Shown here in pieces: positions 20,519 to 30,157 of a DNA stretch of 64,000 nucleotides. The notes under the pieces are model-generated. The model saw only the letters and a list, made by a program, of their open reading frames with translations, did not search any database and was not told the DNA's origin. Location of the stretch: positions 800,001 through 864,000 of the forward strand of contig CP084167.1 of the NCBI GenBank assembly GCA_021513715.1, in the 5' to 3' direction. Origin of the DNA: Candidatus Heimdallarchaeum endolithica. Lineage in GTDB: Archaea; Asgardarchaeota; Heimdallarchaeia; Heimdallarchaeales; Heimdallarchaeaceae. Made by a program: the position numbers and the translations under genes. Within the stretch, counting starts at the first letter, position 1; every line of letters starts with the position of its first letter.

Positions 20519-21433
20519 TTAAAAAGAATTTTTGTGTATAATTTTTAGCTTTTCCAAGATTAATTTAGCAATGTTTTCTATCATTTCTTGAATATCTGTT
20601 ACAGATTTATCTTTAGAGTCTATTTCAACAACTGTTTTCTTCTCTATCATCGCTTGGGTAAAGATGTGGTTATGCGGAATCTTAGCAATTATTGGAAACT
20701 CTTTTCCAAACTTTTCTTCAATTTCATTGGTTATATCCATGTTTATATCACTTTTATTCACAACTATAAAACCAGGAATATTGAATTGTTTAAGCAATTC
20801 AAGCACTCTTTCCAAGTCGTGTTTTCCAGAAACTGTTGGCTCACATACAACTATAGCCATGTGGCTTCCTGATAAAGAACTTATTACTGGACAGCCTATA
20901 CCTGGAGAGCCATCAATTAAGACTAATGATTTGTTGTCTTCTTTTGCCACTTCTAAAGCTTTCTTTCTTACTTCAGCTACTAACAACCCGCTACTTTCTT
21001 CTCCAGGAACAAGTTTTGCATGCACCATTCGTCCTATTCTTGTGTCAGAAACAAAGTAATTACCACTAACTCTTTCAACCATCGTTATTGCATCTACAGG
21101 ACATACATGCTTGCATAACCCACACCCTTCACATCGTACTATTTCTATATTTATTTCTTGATCAATTGCTCCATAACGACAAGATTCATAACATTTCATA
21201 CATTTGGTGCATTTATCAAAGTCTATTACAGCTTTTTTTGTTCCATAATACTCTGTTTCTTCTGATTTTTCAGGGGGGAATATAAGATACAAATCAGCTG
21301 CGTCAACATCAGCATCTGCAAGTATAGTATAACCTTGAAGTAAGAAAGCCAAAGAAGAGATTAATGATGTCTTTCCTGTTCCTCCTTTACCACTTATCAC
21401 AGTTACTTGTCTTATTTCAGTTTTGTCATTCAT
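20519..21433 (-). CDS. MinD-superfamily P-loop ATPase with inserted 2x[4Fe-4S] domain
   Basis: SGKGGTGKT, DADVD, two CxxCxxCxxxC motifs, DGSPGIGCP. Confidence 0.9.
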   Translation of the reverse strand: MNDKTEIRQVTVISGKGGTGKTSLISSLAFLLQGYTILADADVDAADLYLIFPPEKSEETEYYGTKKAVIDFDKCTKCMKCYESCRYGAIDQEINIEIVRCEGCGLCKHVCPVDAITMVERVSGNYFVSDTRIGRMVHAKLVPGEESSGLLVAEVRKKALEVAKEDNKSLVLIDGSPGIGCPVISSLSGSHMAIVVCEPTVSGKHDLERVLELLKQFNIPGFIVVNKSDINMDITNEIEEKFGKEFPIIAKIPHNHIFTQAMIEKKTVVEIDSKDKSVTDIQEMIENIAKLILEKLKIIHKNSF

Positions 21434-22271
21434 TTTTTACTTCCTCCGTAATCTCTTTTATTATCTTCTGGAATTTTCCTTTCCATTCAGGAAATGTTTT
21501 TAGCAAATTATTGCCAACAGAATAAGACTTGGCTATCTTCAGATCAAAAGGAATGCGTAAAAGAATAGGAATACCTTTTTCTCTACAATAGTTTTCTAAT
21601 TCTTCATTACCTATTCCTTTCTTATTTATTATCACTCCAAATTTTTTATTTAATTGATACAAAGTTTCTACTACAACTTTCATATCAGAGAGTCCAAATG
21701 GAGTGGGTTCTGCAACAACTATCACATAATCTACATCAATTACAGCTTCAACCATTGGACAAGCGGAACCAGGAGGAGAATCAAATATAACATAATCCTT
21801 CTCTTCATCAATTTGCTCTTTTAAAGTTGAAATTATAGGTGTTGACAGTTCTTCTCCAACAATAAGTTCACCATAGTCAAACCTTCTTTTCTCATTTGTT
21901 CCTGAAAATATTTTACCTAAACTCCTGTTTTTTTCAGTTATTGCTTCTGTGGGGCAAACGACAGAACATACACCACAGCCATGGCAAATCCTATCAAAAA
22001 CCAATATTTGATTAGGTAAATTTGCTAAAGCGTTGTATTCACAATTTTTCACACACTCACCACATAAAATGCATTTAGTGCTATCTATGACAGGAATAGG
22101 AACTTGTGCATCTTTTACATACTCTGTTTTTATGTCCAAGAATAGAGAACAATTAGGTTCATCTACATCTGCATCGATTAGTTGTGCGTTTTCTAAAGAT
22201 AAAAACAAACTTGTGGCAAGAGTTGTTTTTCCTGTTCCCCCTTTACCTGACACTACTGCTATTGAAATCAC
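21426..22271 (-). CDS. MinD-superfamily P-loop ATPase with inserted 2x[4Fe-4S] domain (paralog)
   Basis: SGKGGTGKT, DADVDEPN, two ferredoxin motifs, DSPPGSACP, EPTPFG. Confidence 0.9.
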   Translation of the reverse strand: MISIAVVSGKGGTGKTTLATSLFLSLENAQLIDADVDEPNCSLFLDIKTEYVKDAQVPIPVIDSTKCILCGECVKNCEYNALANLPNQILVFDRICHGCGVCSVVCPTEAITEKNRSLGKIFSGTNEKRRFDYGELIVGEELSTPIISTLKEQIDEEKDYVIFDSPPGSACPMVEAVIDVDYVIVVAEPTPFGLSDMKVVVETLYQLNKKFGVIINKKGIGNEELENYCREKGIPILLRIPFDLKIAKSYSVGNNLLKTFPEWKGKFQKIIKEITEEVKNE

Positions 22272-22343
22272 TTTTTCTACCTTCCTAGAATTTTATTAAA
22301 ATAAAAAAAAATAATCAAGAACTCATCTATACTTGAATTAATG

Positions 22344-22706
22344 TTAGTGGTAATGGTCGTGATGCCCACATCCATCAGTTTTTGAAGCTAACCTCAATTT
22401 TCCTTCTTTAAGATTTTCAATTACATTTTTCACTGTTCCTTCAGCTCCAACATATACACCAAGATTGAGTTCTTCTGCTAATTGAATAGCTCTTGCACCT
22501 ATACCTCCACAAAGAATAGCATTACAATGTTTAACTAAAAATTCAGCAGGCATCCCTACTCCGCCAAAATGATCGCTTGCATTATCAATTACTTTCAGTT
22601 CGTTAGTTTCTTCATCCCATATAGCATATAAAGGAGCTCTTCCAAAGTGTGCTGATACAGGAGAGTCCCACCCTTTATCTTCTTCAACTGGAATTGCGTA
22701 TTTCAT
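22344..22706 (-). CDS. NifB/NifX family cofactor-binding protein
   Basis: SAHFGRAP, LCGGIGARA, His-rich tail CGHHDHYH. Confidence 0.88.
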   Translation of the reverse strand: MKYAIPVEEDKGWDSPVSAHFGRAPLYAIWDEETNELKVIDNASDHFGGVGMPAEFLVKHCNAILCGGIGARAIQLAEELNLGVYVGAEGTVKNVIENLKEGKLRLASKTDGCGHHDHYH

Positions 22707-22717
22707 CTTTTATCCTC

Positions 22718-23047
22718 CTAAACAGTTTTTATTTTGTTTTTTTCTAACTTTTCTATCAAGTTCTTCCAAGGTTCTATTTGTCCTTTATAAATTGTAATAT
22801 TTGAAGTCCTTAGCACTTGCTCTGCATTAGGTCCTACTCTTGGAGCAATAACTGCTTTTACTCCTTGTGATGCAAGAAATTCAGAAGCTTTCACTCCTGC
22901 TCCTCCTCTTGCCATAGCAGAGGGATTTTCATGATATTCATATTTCTTAGTTTCTAAATCGTATATTAAATAATATAACGCTCTTCCAAATCTACTTGAT
23001 ATTGGAGCATCTTCAGATCTTTCATCTATTGGTATTCCGATTTTCAT
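22718..23047 (-). CDS. NifB/NifX family cofactor-binding protein
   Basis: SSRFGRA, GGAGVKA, VGPNA. Confidence 0.88.
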   Translation of the reverse strand: MKIGIPIDERSEDAPISSRFGRALYYLIYDLETKKYEYHENPSAMARGGAGVKASEFLASQGVKAVIAPRVGPNAEQVLRTSNITIYKGQIEPWKNLIEKLEKNKIKTV

Positions 23048-23352
23048 AAAATCACTTCTTTCTTTTTGTCTAATTCTGGTTCAGAGTCGAATTTTATTGC
23101 TTGATTCTCAAATAAAGCTGTTGCTATTTTTTTTCTTGCAATTCTTAAATCTCGACTACAACTTGACTGTGATATACCCATCTTTTTAGCTGCTTCAACT
23201 TGTTTTAACCCAAAGTAATCTGCATAGTACAACACTGTTACTTCTTCTTTTGTCAGTAACTGTGTCTCCAGCTCTTTAAATGGTATAGCCACGGGTTTGA
23301 ACACATGTTCATTCACATCTATACAACAACGTTTTATCTTCCTCTGAACCAT
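23044..23352 (-). CDS. DUF134 family HTH protein
   Basis: FKPVAIP, EE...ADYFGLKQVEAAKKMGISQSS...ARKKIA. Confidence 0.85.
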   Translation of the reverse strand: MVQRKIKRCCIDVNEHVFKPVAIPFKELETQLLTKEEVTVLYYADYFGLKQVEAAKKMGISQSSCSRDLRIARKKIATALFENQAIKFDSEPELDKKKEVIL

Positions 23353-23394
23353 ACATCAGACATTTTTCTAATTGATTATATAAACATTTAGTTA

Positions 23395-23408
23395 TGAATA
23401 ATTATTCA
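23395..23408. promoter_or_regulatory. Palindromic operator TGAATAATTATTCA
   Basis: Perfect palindrome, 10 nt from TATATAAA (23377-23384); related copies at 24312 and 24365. Confidence 0.65.
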
Positions 23409-23468
23409 CATGGTTCTGTTTTTGTAAGAAAAATAAGAAAATTAGAGAGAAAAAAAGAAAAGAAGAAA

Positions 23469-23900
23469 TCATTCAACTACTTCAATTTCTAGTAGATTAT
23501 GATTAATAATAGAATCGGCTATTCTTTTTCTAAGACCTTTAAGATAACGCCAAACACTTGTTTGAGAGATACCTAATTTTTCAGCTATCTCTTTTTGAGT
23601 GAACTCTTCAACATCAGCCATTTTTAAAATCTCTAGTTCAAAACTAGAAATAACTAAAATATTATGAGCTTGATTAATTCGACGATTAATGGGTATAGAA
23701 TAAGCCACAGGAGGACGTCCTCTTCTAAAATGCTTTCTACCCATACCACGCTGCCCATGCATTCCACCTCTTCGCATTCCAAGTCTAGGCCCACCTCCAA
23801 TGCTTCTTCTTGGAGAAAAGAATTGATTATCAAAATTAGATTTTTCTTTTTCTTTTCCTTTTTTTCCTTCGTTTGATGAATCATCACTCATAATATTCAC
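23469..23900 (-). CDS. DUF134 family HTH protein with Arg/Gly-rich N-terminus
   Basis: GRPP, ELEILKMADVEEFTQKEIAEKLGISQTSVWR...RKRIA. Confidence 0.82.
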   Translation of the reverse strand: MNIMSDDSSNEGKKGKEKEKSNFDNQFFSPRRSIGGGPRLGMRRGGMHGQRGMGRKHFRRGRPPVAYSIPINRRINQAHNILVISSFELEILKMADVEEFTQKEIAEKLGISQTSVWRYLKGLRKRIADSIINHNLLEIEVVE

Positions 23901-23937
23901 TCTTTGAAAAAAGAAAAAAACAAATAAAAAAGTGTTT

Positions 23938-24291
23938 TTACTTATTCAATTTCTGTTTTTCTTCTTCTAGTAAAGATATTTCCTTTTGAAGGTACTCTAT
24001 TTGCTTTTCGATTAATGAAATCTCATAATCTATTGCATCATCATTAGATGGTTTTCCATAAGGATCCCATTGCGCATTTGTTGGAGGATTTTCAACTCCC
24101 TGATATTCAGGCATTGCCCACCAACCACGTGGTCTGTCTGGGAAAAAGTCACAATTTGGACTTACCCACCTACGTCCACCAAATCCTGCACCAAATCCTC
24201 TTCTAAATCCGAAACCCCGGCCATAACCAAATCCTCTGCCATATCCATATCCTGGTCCGTATCCATATCCATATCTTCTGTAATATACCAT
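23938..24291 (-). CDS. DUF5320-like Gly/Arg/Tyr-rich protein with C-terminal coiled coil
   Basis: GYGRGFG repeats, PRGWW, C-terminal heptads; GGTGA RBS. Confidence 0.72.
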   Translation of the reverse strand: MVYYRRYGYGYGPGYGYGRGFGYGRGFGFRRGFGAGFGGRRWVSPNCDFFPDRPRGWWAMPEYQGVENPPTNAQWDPYGKPSNDDAIDYEISLIEKQIEYLQKEISLLEEEKQKLNK

Positions 24292-24311
24292 TTTTTCACC
24301 TCAATCATTAT

Positions 24312-24325
24312 TGAATTATTATTCA
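24312..24325. promoter_or_regulatory. Palindromic operator TGAATTATTATTCA
   Basis: Near the predicted TSS of the DUF5320-like gene. Confidence 0.6.
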
Positions 24326-24364
24326 AAATATATTAAACACCCCCAATATATAAAGATTATGTTT

Positions 24365-24378
24365 TGAGTTATAATTCA
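24365..24378. promoter_or_regulatory. Palindromic operator TGAGTTATAATTCA
   Basis: 10 nt from TATATAAA (24347-24354), same geometry as the 23395 site. Confidence 0.6.
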
Positions 24379-24450
24379 AAATGTGTTTTTAAAAAATACA
24401 CAACTACAAATTTAAAAAAGGTAGAATTGGAAATAAGTCGGTAGATAAAT

Positions 24451-25728
24451 ATGGTAGACGTAAAACCTTTTCGAGGGATAAGATATACTAAAAAAGCAGG
24501 AAATATAGCAAATTTAATTGCGCAGCCATATGATAAAATAGATGAAGAAATGCAGAAAGAATACTATGAAAAATCTGAATATAATTACTGTAGACTAACA
24601 TTACCTATAGAAGAAGACAGGTATAACATAGCAAGGAAAAGATTGGAAGAATGGTTAACTAATGAGATTTTACAAAAAGATGATAAACCAGCTTTTTATG
24701 TTTATTTCCAAGAATTTCAACTTTTTGGGAAAATGTATATCCGTAAAGGCTTTATTGGAGCTCTAAGATTGCACCCATTTGAAGAAAATATTGTTCTTCC
24801 TCATGAAAAAACTCACAAAGGACCAAAAATTGACAGATTAAACATGCTAAAAACAACAAAGCACACTCTAGAACCTGGATTTATCCTTTACTCTGATAAA
24901 GATAAAGAAACAATTAGAATTTTTGAGGAATTAACTCAAAAAGAAGAACCAATAATTGATGTAGGAGATAGTTTAGGAGCTAGAAATAGAGTATGGAAAC
25001 TAACAGACCCAGAACAAATCAAAAAGGTTCAAGAAATTTTCAATGGACAACAGCTAGTTATTGCTGATGGACATCACAGATATGAAACTGCTTGCACTTA
25101 CAGAGATATGAGAAGAGAGGAAAAGAAAGATTGGGATGAAAATGATGCTTTTAACTTCAGAATGACTTACTTAGTTCCTGTAGAAGATGAAGGATTAGTA
25201 GTACTTGCCACTCACAGATGTTTAGCTAAAGAAAAAGTTACTCCTGAACAAGAAGAAACATTCAAGAAATATTTTGATATAAATAAAATTTCAAAAGAAG
25301 AAATTCCTGAATTCTTGGAGAAAAACATTGGTAAACATGTTTTTATTTATTATCAAGACGGAATAGCTAAATCTATGATTATAAAAGACCCCTCTACAAT
25401 TAATGAATTTGTTCAAGATAGGAGTAATGAATATAAGAAACTTGATGTTGTAATTCTTCGAGATATGATCTTTCAAGGGATAATGGGACTTTCAGATCTA
25501 AAGATAGATGATGATATTTTCTATGAGAGATGGTGGAATGAAGCTATTCAGAAAGTTGATGAAGGAAAATACAAAGTAGCTTTCATTCTTAATCCCACAA
25601 GAGCAGAACAAGTTTTAGCTGTTGCTAAAAATCATGAAAGAATGCCACAAAAATCTACAGATTTCTATCCTAAAATGATTAGTGGACTTACAATGATGAG
25701 TTTAGAAGATGGAGAAAAATTAAATTAA
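24451..25728 (+). CDS. DUF1015 family protein
   Basis: VKPFRGIRY, PYD, LPHEKT, IADGHHRYETA, MPQKSTDFYPK. Confidence 0.92.
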   Translation: MVDVKPFRGIRYTKKAGNIANLIAQPYDKIDEEMQKEYYEKSEYNYCRLTLPIEEDRYNIARKRLEEWLTNEILQKDDKPAFYVYFQEFQLFGKMYIRKGFIGALRLHPFEENIVLPHEKTHKGPKIDRLNMLKTTKHTLEPGFILYSDKDKETIRIFEELTQKEEPIIDVGDSLGARNRVWKLTDPEQIKKVQEIFNGQQLVIADGHHRYETACTYRDMRREEKKDWDENDAFNFRMTYLVPVEDEGLVVLATHRCLAKEKVTPEQEETFKKYFDINKISKEEIPEFLEKNIGKHVFIYYQDGIAKSMIIKDPSTINEFVQDRSNEYKKLDVVILRDMIFQGIMGLSDLKIDDDIFYERWWNEAIQKVDEGKYKVAFILNPTRAEQVLAVAKNHERMPQKSTDFYPKMISGLTMMSLEDGEKLN

Positions 25729-25761
25729 AAAATACCAAGCTCATTTTTTTCTTCATTTCAT

Positions 25762-27546
25762 TTAGGCAACTTTAATTGTATATCTTTTTTCTGCTTCATC
25801 AGAGTAGATTGTTAAGAGTTTATCGAATGTCTCTTTTTCTAGGAAGCCATGTGCTGTCATCATTTCTGTAAATCTTTTTGGGAATCTTTGATACGCTTCT
25901 ATGAGACTAAAACCTTCAGCGTACTTAAATTGCAATCTCTTTCTCTGTATTTCCATCCCCATTTTCAGTAGCTCTTCTTCAGTTCTATTAATTTTTAAAC
26001 TATCTAAAGCCTGAATTGTTGTGTTTATATCGTATACTCCTCTAGCAAAAAGGCAAATTACCATGCTATTTAGAACATTTCTCCACTCTTCTTCATTTAT
26101 TAAAGAATTAATTCCTTTTTCTAAAGTAATTGGTTTGTTTAATATTTTTTGATCTAATGAATAACCAGCGTTGTCTAGATGACTGTGTCTTCCACCAATG
26201 AGAAAACCCATAATAGCATAATATCCAGTTCTATAACCTGCAGGTTCTAGTTTTGCTACTCTTATACCAAAATCATTTCCTCCATATTTCTCCACAAGTT
26301 CTTCTACTCCCTTTGAAGCTGAATAATAAAGTTCGCTTTCTTCTGTAGCTTTAGATATTTTTTTGATAATAGACAAGAAATCATCTACCCTACCAAATCT
26401 AATTAATTCTCCTTCTGTATCTTTAGGACTAATTAAGTTTCTTTCATATGCTTCAGCTAACCAAGCAAAAACAACCCCTATAGATATAGCGTCCATTCCT
26501 TCTTTCTCAATTGCTTCAATTAGTTTTAAGATATCTTTAGCATTACCTATCTTAAGATTTGAACCAAGAGCATAGATAAGTTCATAATCGTAAGATACAG
26601 CAATAGAGTGAATATCAGCTACAGTTCCTTTTTCCCATCTTTCTCTTAAGATTGCTAAATGAATACAACCTATTGGACAACCTCCACAAGCCACTCTCTT
26701 GCCTAATAACTCTGAAGCGAAATATTCACCAGAGATATTTTCAGCTTCTTCAAAGTAACTTTCTGCAAAGTTCCTGGTAGGTAAGGATTTAAGAGCATTT
26801 AGAGGTAATATTCCTGCAGCTGTTCCAAGTATATGGTATTTAGCCATTAGATTTGTTTCAGTAGTTTTCTTATATATTTCTCTAAATACTCTTCTATATT
26901 GTTTATACTTAGTATTGGACTCTAAGGAAATGGGTTGATCTCCAATAATAGCAAAACCTTTAACATTCTTGCTCCCTAAAACAGCTCCTAAACCTGTTCT
27001 ACCAAAATGTCTAGTTCTGTCTACAGTCGCACAAGCATAAGGAATCAATCTTTCTCCAGCTGGACCAATTGTTACAACAGAACGATTACCTGGATGACCT
27101 ATCTTTTCTCTTATTATTCTACCAGTTGTATTAGGAGACATATACATCAAAGGTTTAGCATTAAAAAATTGAACTCCATCTTCATAAGAAACAAAGTAAA
27201 TAGGTTCAGGAGACTTACCCTTTAAAATTAAAGCTCCTAAGTTATTAAAGCGCATTGCTGTTGATAATCTTCCTCCAGCATAAGATTCACCTAAATTACC
27301 AGTTAAAGGACTCTTGAAAACTGCACAAGTTTTAGAAGCAACTGGAAAATATGTATTCAGAGGTCCAATAGCAAAAATTACAACATTTTCTGGAGAAAGA
27401 GGATCTACTCCTGTTTGAAGATGTTGATTGAGTAATTCAATACCTACACCTATTCCACCCATATACTTATCAAAAAGATTCTCTGATTCATAAATTTCGA
27501 ATGAGAGATCACTTAAATTAATTTCTAAAATATTTGGATATAACAT
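25762..27546 (-). CDS. Aldehyde:ferredoxin oxidoreductase family (W/Mo-pterin)
   Basis: KSPLTG..GES.AGG, IGPAGE, GRTGLGAVLGSKN, CGGCPIGC, GMDAIS; start ATG 27546 with GGTGA RBS. Confidence 0.9.
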   Translation of the reverse strand: MLYPNILEINLSDLSFEIYESENLFDKYMGGIGVGIELLNQHLQTGVDPLSPENVVIFAIGPLNTYFPVASKTCAVFKSPLTGNLGESYAGGRLSTAMRFNNLGALILKGKSPEPIYFVSYEDGVQFFNAKPLMYMSPNTTGRIIREKIGHPGNRSVVTIGPAGERLIPYACATVDRTRHFGRTGLGAVLGSKNVKGFAIIGDQPISLESNTKYKQYRRVFREIYKKTTETNLMAKYHILGTAAGILPLNALKSLPTRNFAESYFEEAENISGEYFASELLGKRVACGGCPIGCIHLAILRERWEKGTVADIHSIAVSYDYELIYALGSNLKIGNAKDILKLIEAIEKEGMDAISIGVVFAWLAEAYERNLISPKDTEGELIRFGRVDDFLSIIKKISKATEESELYYSASKGVEELVEKYGGNDFGIRVAKLEPAGYRTGYYAIMGFLIGGRHSHLDNAGYSLDQKILNKPITLEKGINSLINEEEWRNVLNSMVICLFARGVYDINTTIQALDSLKINRTEEELLKMGMEIQRKRLQFKYAEGFSLIEAYQRFPKRFTEMMTAHGFLEKETFDKLLTIYSDEAEKRYTIKVA

Positions 27547-27557
27547 TTTCAACTCAC

Positions 27558-27989
27558 CTACCATTCTCCTGTAGCTTCTTCCATCACTAAAACACCAGTG
27601 GAACAATATTGCACACAAGCTCCACATTGACGACAAACTATTGCTTTATTGATATCAACATCAATATGTATTGCTCCAGGAATGGGACAAGCTTCAATAC
27701 ATTCTTGGTTGCATTTAGTAGCGTCACAAATTTCTCTGTCAACAATAACCCCTCCACCTTCTCTTGGTTTTATTGCTCCAGGAATAGGGCAAGCAGGAGC
27801 GCAAGGAGGAGATCTACACCCTCTACATACTACAACAACATAATTACGTTCTATTCCTCCGCTTGCTTTAACTGCTATTGCGCTACGATAGTTGGATAAT
27901 AATTTTTCATTTGTCCTAGAGCAAGCATAAACACATTCTAAACAACCAATACATCTGTCTAGGTTCTTGACTCTTAATCTTTTTCCCAT
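27558..27989 (-). CDS. 4Fe-4S polyferredoxin subunit of the AOR
   Basis: CIGCLECVYAC, CRGC..PPC..ACP, CRQCGACVQYC. Confidence 0.9.
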   Translation of the reverse strand: MGKRLRVKNLDRCIGCLECVYACSRTNEKLLSNYRSAIAVKASGGIERNYVVVVCRGCRSPPCAPACPIPGAIKPREGGGVIVDREICDATKCNQECIEACPIPGAIHIDVDINKAIVCRQCGACVQYCSTGVLVMEEATGEW

Positions 27990-28184
27990 AATTAAAATAT
28001 TTCTTTAAACATTAAAAAATGAATTGGTTCATTTTCTATTATTATGATTTATTTGTAAATAGACTTGGAAATAAAAAATTAGATTTAGTGTTTGAAGTAT
28101 TTTATTAATTTTAAAAACTAAACAAAGTTTAAATTCCTTTATCTTTCATTGTCTATCATCATAGAACAAATTAGTTGAATACTA

Positions 28185-29513
28185 ATGCTTAAAGTAAAAA
28201 TATCAGTAATTACATTAATAATTGTTATAATTTCAGCAATTCTTTCTACTAATAGCTTAATAATAAATGGCCAAATTGAAGGTGAATTAAATTTTAGGAG
28301 TTCGATAATCAATTCTTTCAATGCCACAGCTTCTGACAACTATTTTAATGAAACAAAAGATCCAAGGTATTATTTAGTTAACAGACCTTTAACACTTCTT
28401 TACTACCCAAATAAAGGTTATCCTATAATTACAGAGTATTCCAAACCATTTTCGATTAAAGTTTCAGCACCAGAGGATACTACAAGATGGAATCTAAGTT
28501 TGGTTTCAGATACAACTAATGTTTCTTTAAGTATTTTAAAGACAAAATATGATTCTGAAAGGAATCAATGGGTAATTGAAGTATTTGTAGAAAAAGAAAT
28601 TCAAGGTTTATTTGATTTAAAGCTTGTTTGCAGTGCTGGTAATGATTATCAAACTCATTCTGTAAAACTTGTAAAAAAGTTTAGCTACCCGTTTACATTT
28701 GTTCAAATTAGTGACAGTCACTTTCCTGGTTATGCTCCAGATATTAACACTACAGCAGTTAATCTTGAAGTTATACAAAAAGTCAAAGATTTAAATCCTG
28801 ATTTTGTAATTCATACAGGAGATGTTATTGATGGACCTAACACTGTTTTTGTTGACCCTAAAACTGGAAAAACCTTAGCAGCAGAAGTTCAATTGAAACT
28901 TGGTTTATGGGCTTTAGATAAACTTGATGCTCCTGTCTTCATTATAGCTGGAAATCACGATTTTGATAAAAGTAATTTACTTCCAGACGATCCAGAAGAA
29001 GTATGGAACAAATATTTTGGGTATAGTCGCATTCAAAACTTTAGTTTCTTAGATTGGGATTTTACTGGATATAGCGCTTCCTTTGAAGGATTATCAGAAT
29101 ATTTCGAAACTTCATTAAGAGAACATCTAAAAGGAACAAGTAATGGTTCAGATGTTTTGTATTATCACTATGATTTCAAAGAACAAGCAACTAAAATTCT
29201 AAAGAAGTATCATATAGAAATAGCTTTATGGGGGCACGAACATCGTGAAAGATTTTTCTATTCACAAGGGACTTTATATCACTGTCAAGATGCAATGTTC
29301 AAGAATTCAGATAGTTTTACTTTATTTACAATGGAAAGTGAAAATATCTTTTCTGTAAAAGAAGAAACATTCAATACTTCTACATTTAAAATTGAAAATA
29401 CAAATGAAATTCAAACCACTAAAACTCCATTTTCTACAATTTCAACACTATTCATCTTTTTCTCTGCTATTACAGTACATATGATCAAAAAAAGAAAGAA
29501 AAAGACTGATTAA
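28185..29513 (+). CDS. Secreted, membrane-anchored metallophosphoesterase
   Basis: Signal peptide, SDSH, TGD, GNHD, GHEH; C-terminal Thr linker, TM and basic tail. Confidence 0.85.
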   Translation: MLKVKISVITLIIVIISAILSTNSLIINGQIEGELNFRSSIINSFNATASDNYFNETKDPRYYLVNRPLTLLYYPNKGYPIITEYSKPFSIKVSAPEDTTRWNLSLVSDTTNVSLSILKTKYDSERNQWVIEVFVEKEIQGLFDLKLVCSAGNDYQTHSVKLVKKFSYPFTFVQISDSHFPGYAPDINTTAVNLEVIQKVKDLNPDFVIHTGDVIDGPNTVFVDPKTGKTLAAEVQLKLGLWALDKLDAPVFIIAGNHDFDKSNLLPDDPEEVWNKYFGYSRIQNFSFLDWDFTGYSASFEGLSEYFETSLREHLKGTSNGSDVLYYHYDFKEQATKILKKYHIEIALWGHEHRERFFYSQGTLYHCQDAMFKNSDSFTLFTMESENIFSVKEETFNTSTFKIENTNEIQTTKTPFSTISTLFIFFSAITVHMIKKRKKKTD

Positions 29514-29593
29514 AGAAGTAGAACATAGAATTCTCTCTTTCTCTCTATTTTTATTACTAAGATATAAATACATCAAAGGCTTTTATTATTCAA

Positions 29594-30079
29594 ATGAGCA
29601 ATAACATGGATTTAAGTCCTTTATCTCACCCATCTACATTAAAAATATTTCTGTATGCAAAATCCTGTTATCCTAAAGATTTTGGAGTAAGAGAAGCAAA
29701 AAGAAAACTAGAATTTCATAGTATAAGTAATGTTGCTTGGCACTTAAACAAACTTGAAGAAGCAGGTTTAGTGGAAAAATTACCCTCAAACAGATATAAA
29801 TTACTTGAAACTAGTTTAAAGATAAAGGAACTAGAAGTTCCAGTAACATTAACAGCGCAACTAATTAGAGATGAAATAATCCCAAAAAAAGTTTTTTTGT
29901 TATCTTTTATGGTTACAGCAACATTAGCGACAATAATTGTAGCCTTCTTTAATCCTTTAATTGCAGCATTAAATGGTATTTTCTTATTAATAATTAACTG
30001 TATTTTTTATTTAGAAGAATATATCTCAACTAAAAAACAACTTTCTTTTTATAAATGGAAAGAAAAAAAGAGAGATTAA
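29594..30079 (+). CDS. Winged-helix regulator with two C-terminal TM helices
   Basis: GVREAKRKL..SISNVAWHLNKLEEAGLVEK..Y followed by a hydrophobic hairpin. Confidence 0.75.
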   Translation: MSNNMDLSPLSHPSTLKIFLYAKSCYPKDFGVREAKRKLEFHSISNVAWHLNKLEEAGLVEKLPSNRYKLLETSLKIKELEVPVTLTAQLIRDEIIPKKVFLLSFMVTATLATIIVAFFNPLIAALNGIFLLIINCIFYLEEYISTKKQLSFYKWKEKKRD

Positions 30080-30092
30080 AGAAGAAAACAAG

Positions 30093-30138
30093 TGTACTAG
30101 CTATTGAACAATAGTGTTCTCGTTCTAGTTTTATAAGT
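30093..30138 (+). promoter_or_regulatory. Conserved promoter/operator upstream of DUF3160 copy 1
   Basis: 40/46 identical to 32516-32561; GAACA-N4-TGTTC palindrome, then TTTTATAAG TATA. Confidence 0.65.
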
Positions 30139-30157
30139 ATTAACAATCAATATTTAT

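Noticed and set aside
22344-23047. Nitrogen fixation genes
   Set aside because: Only NifX-like domains; no nifH/D/K, and the ATPases are MinD-ferredoxin type
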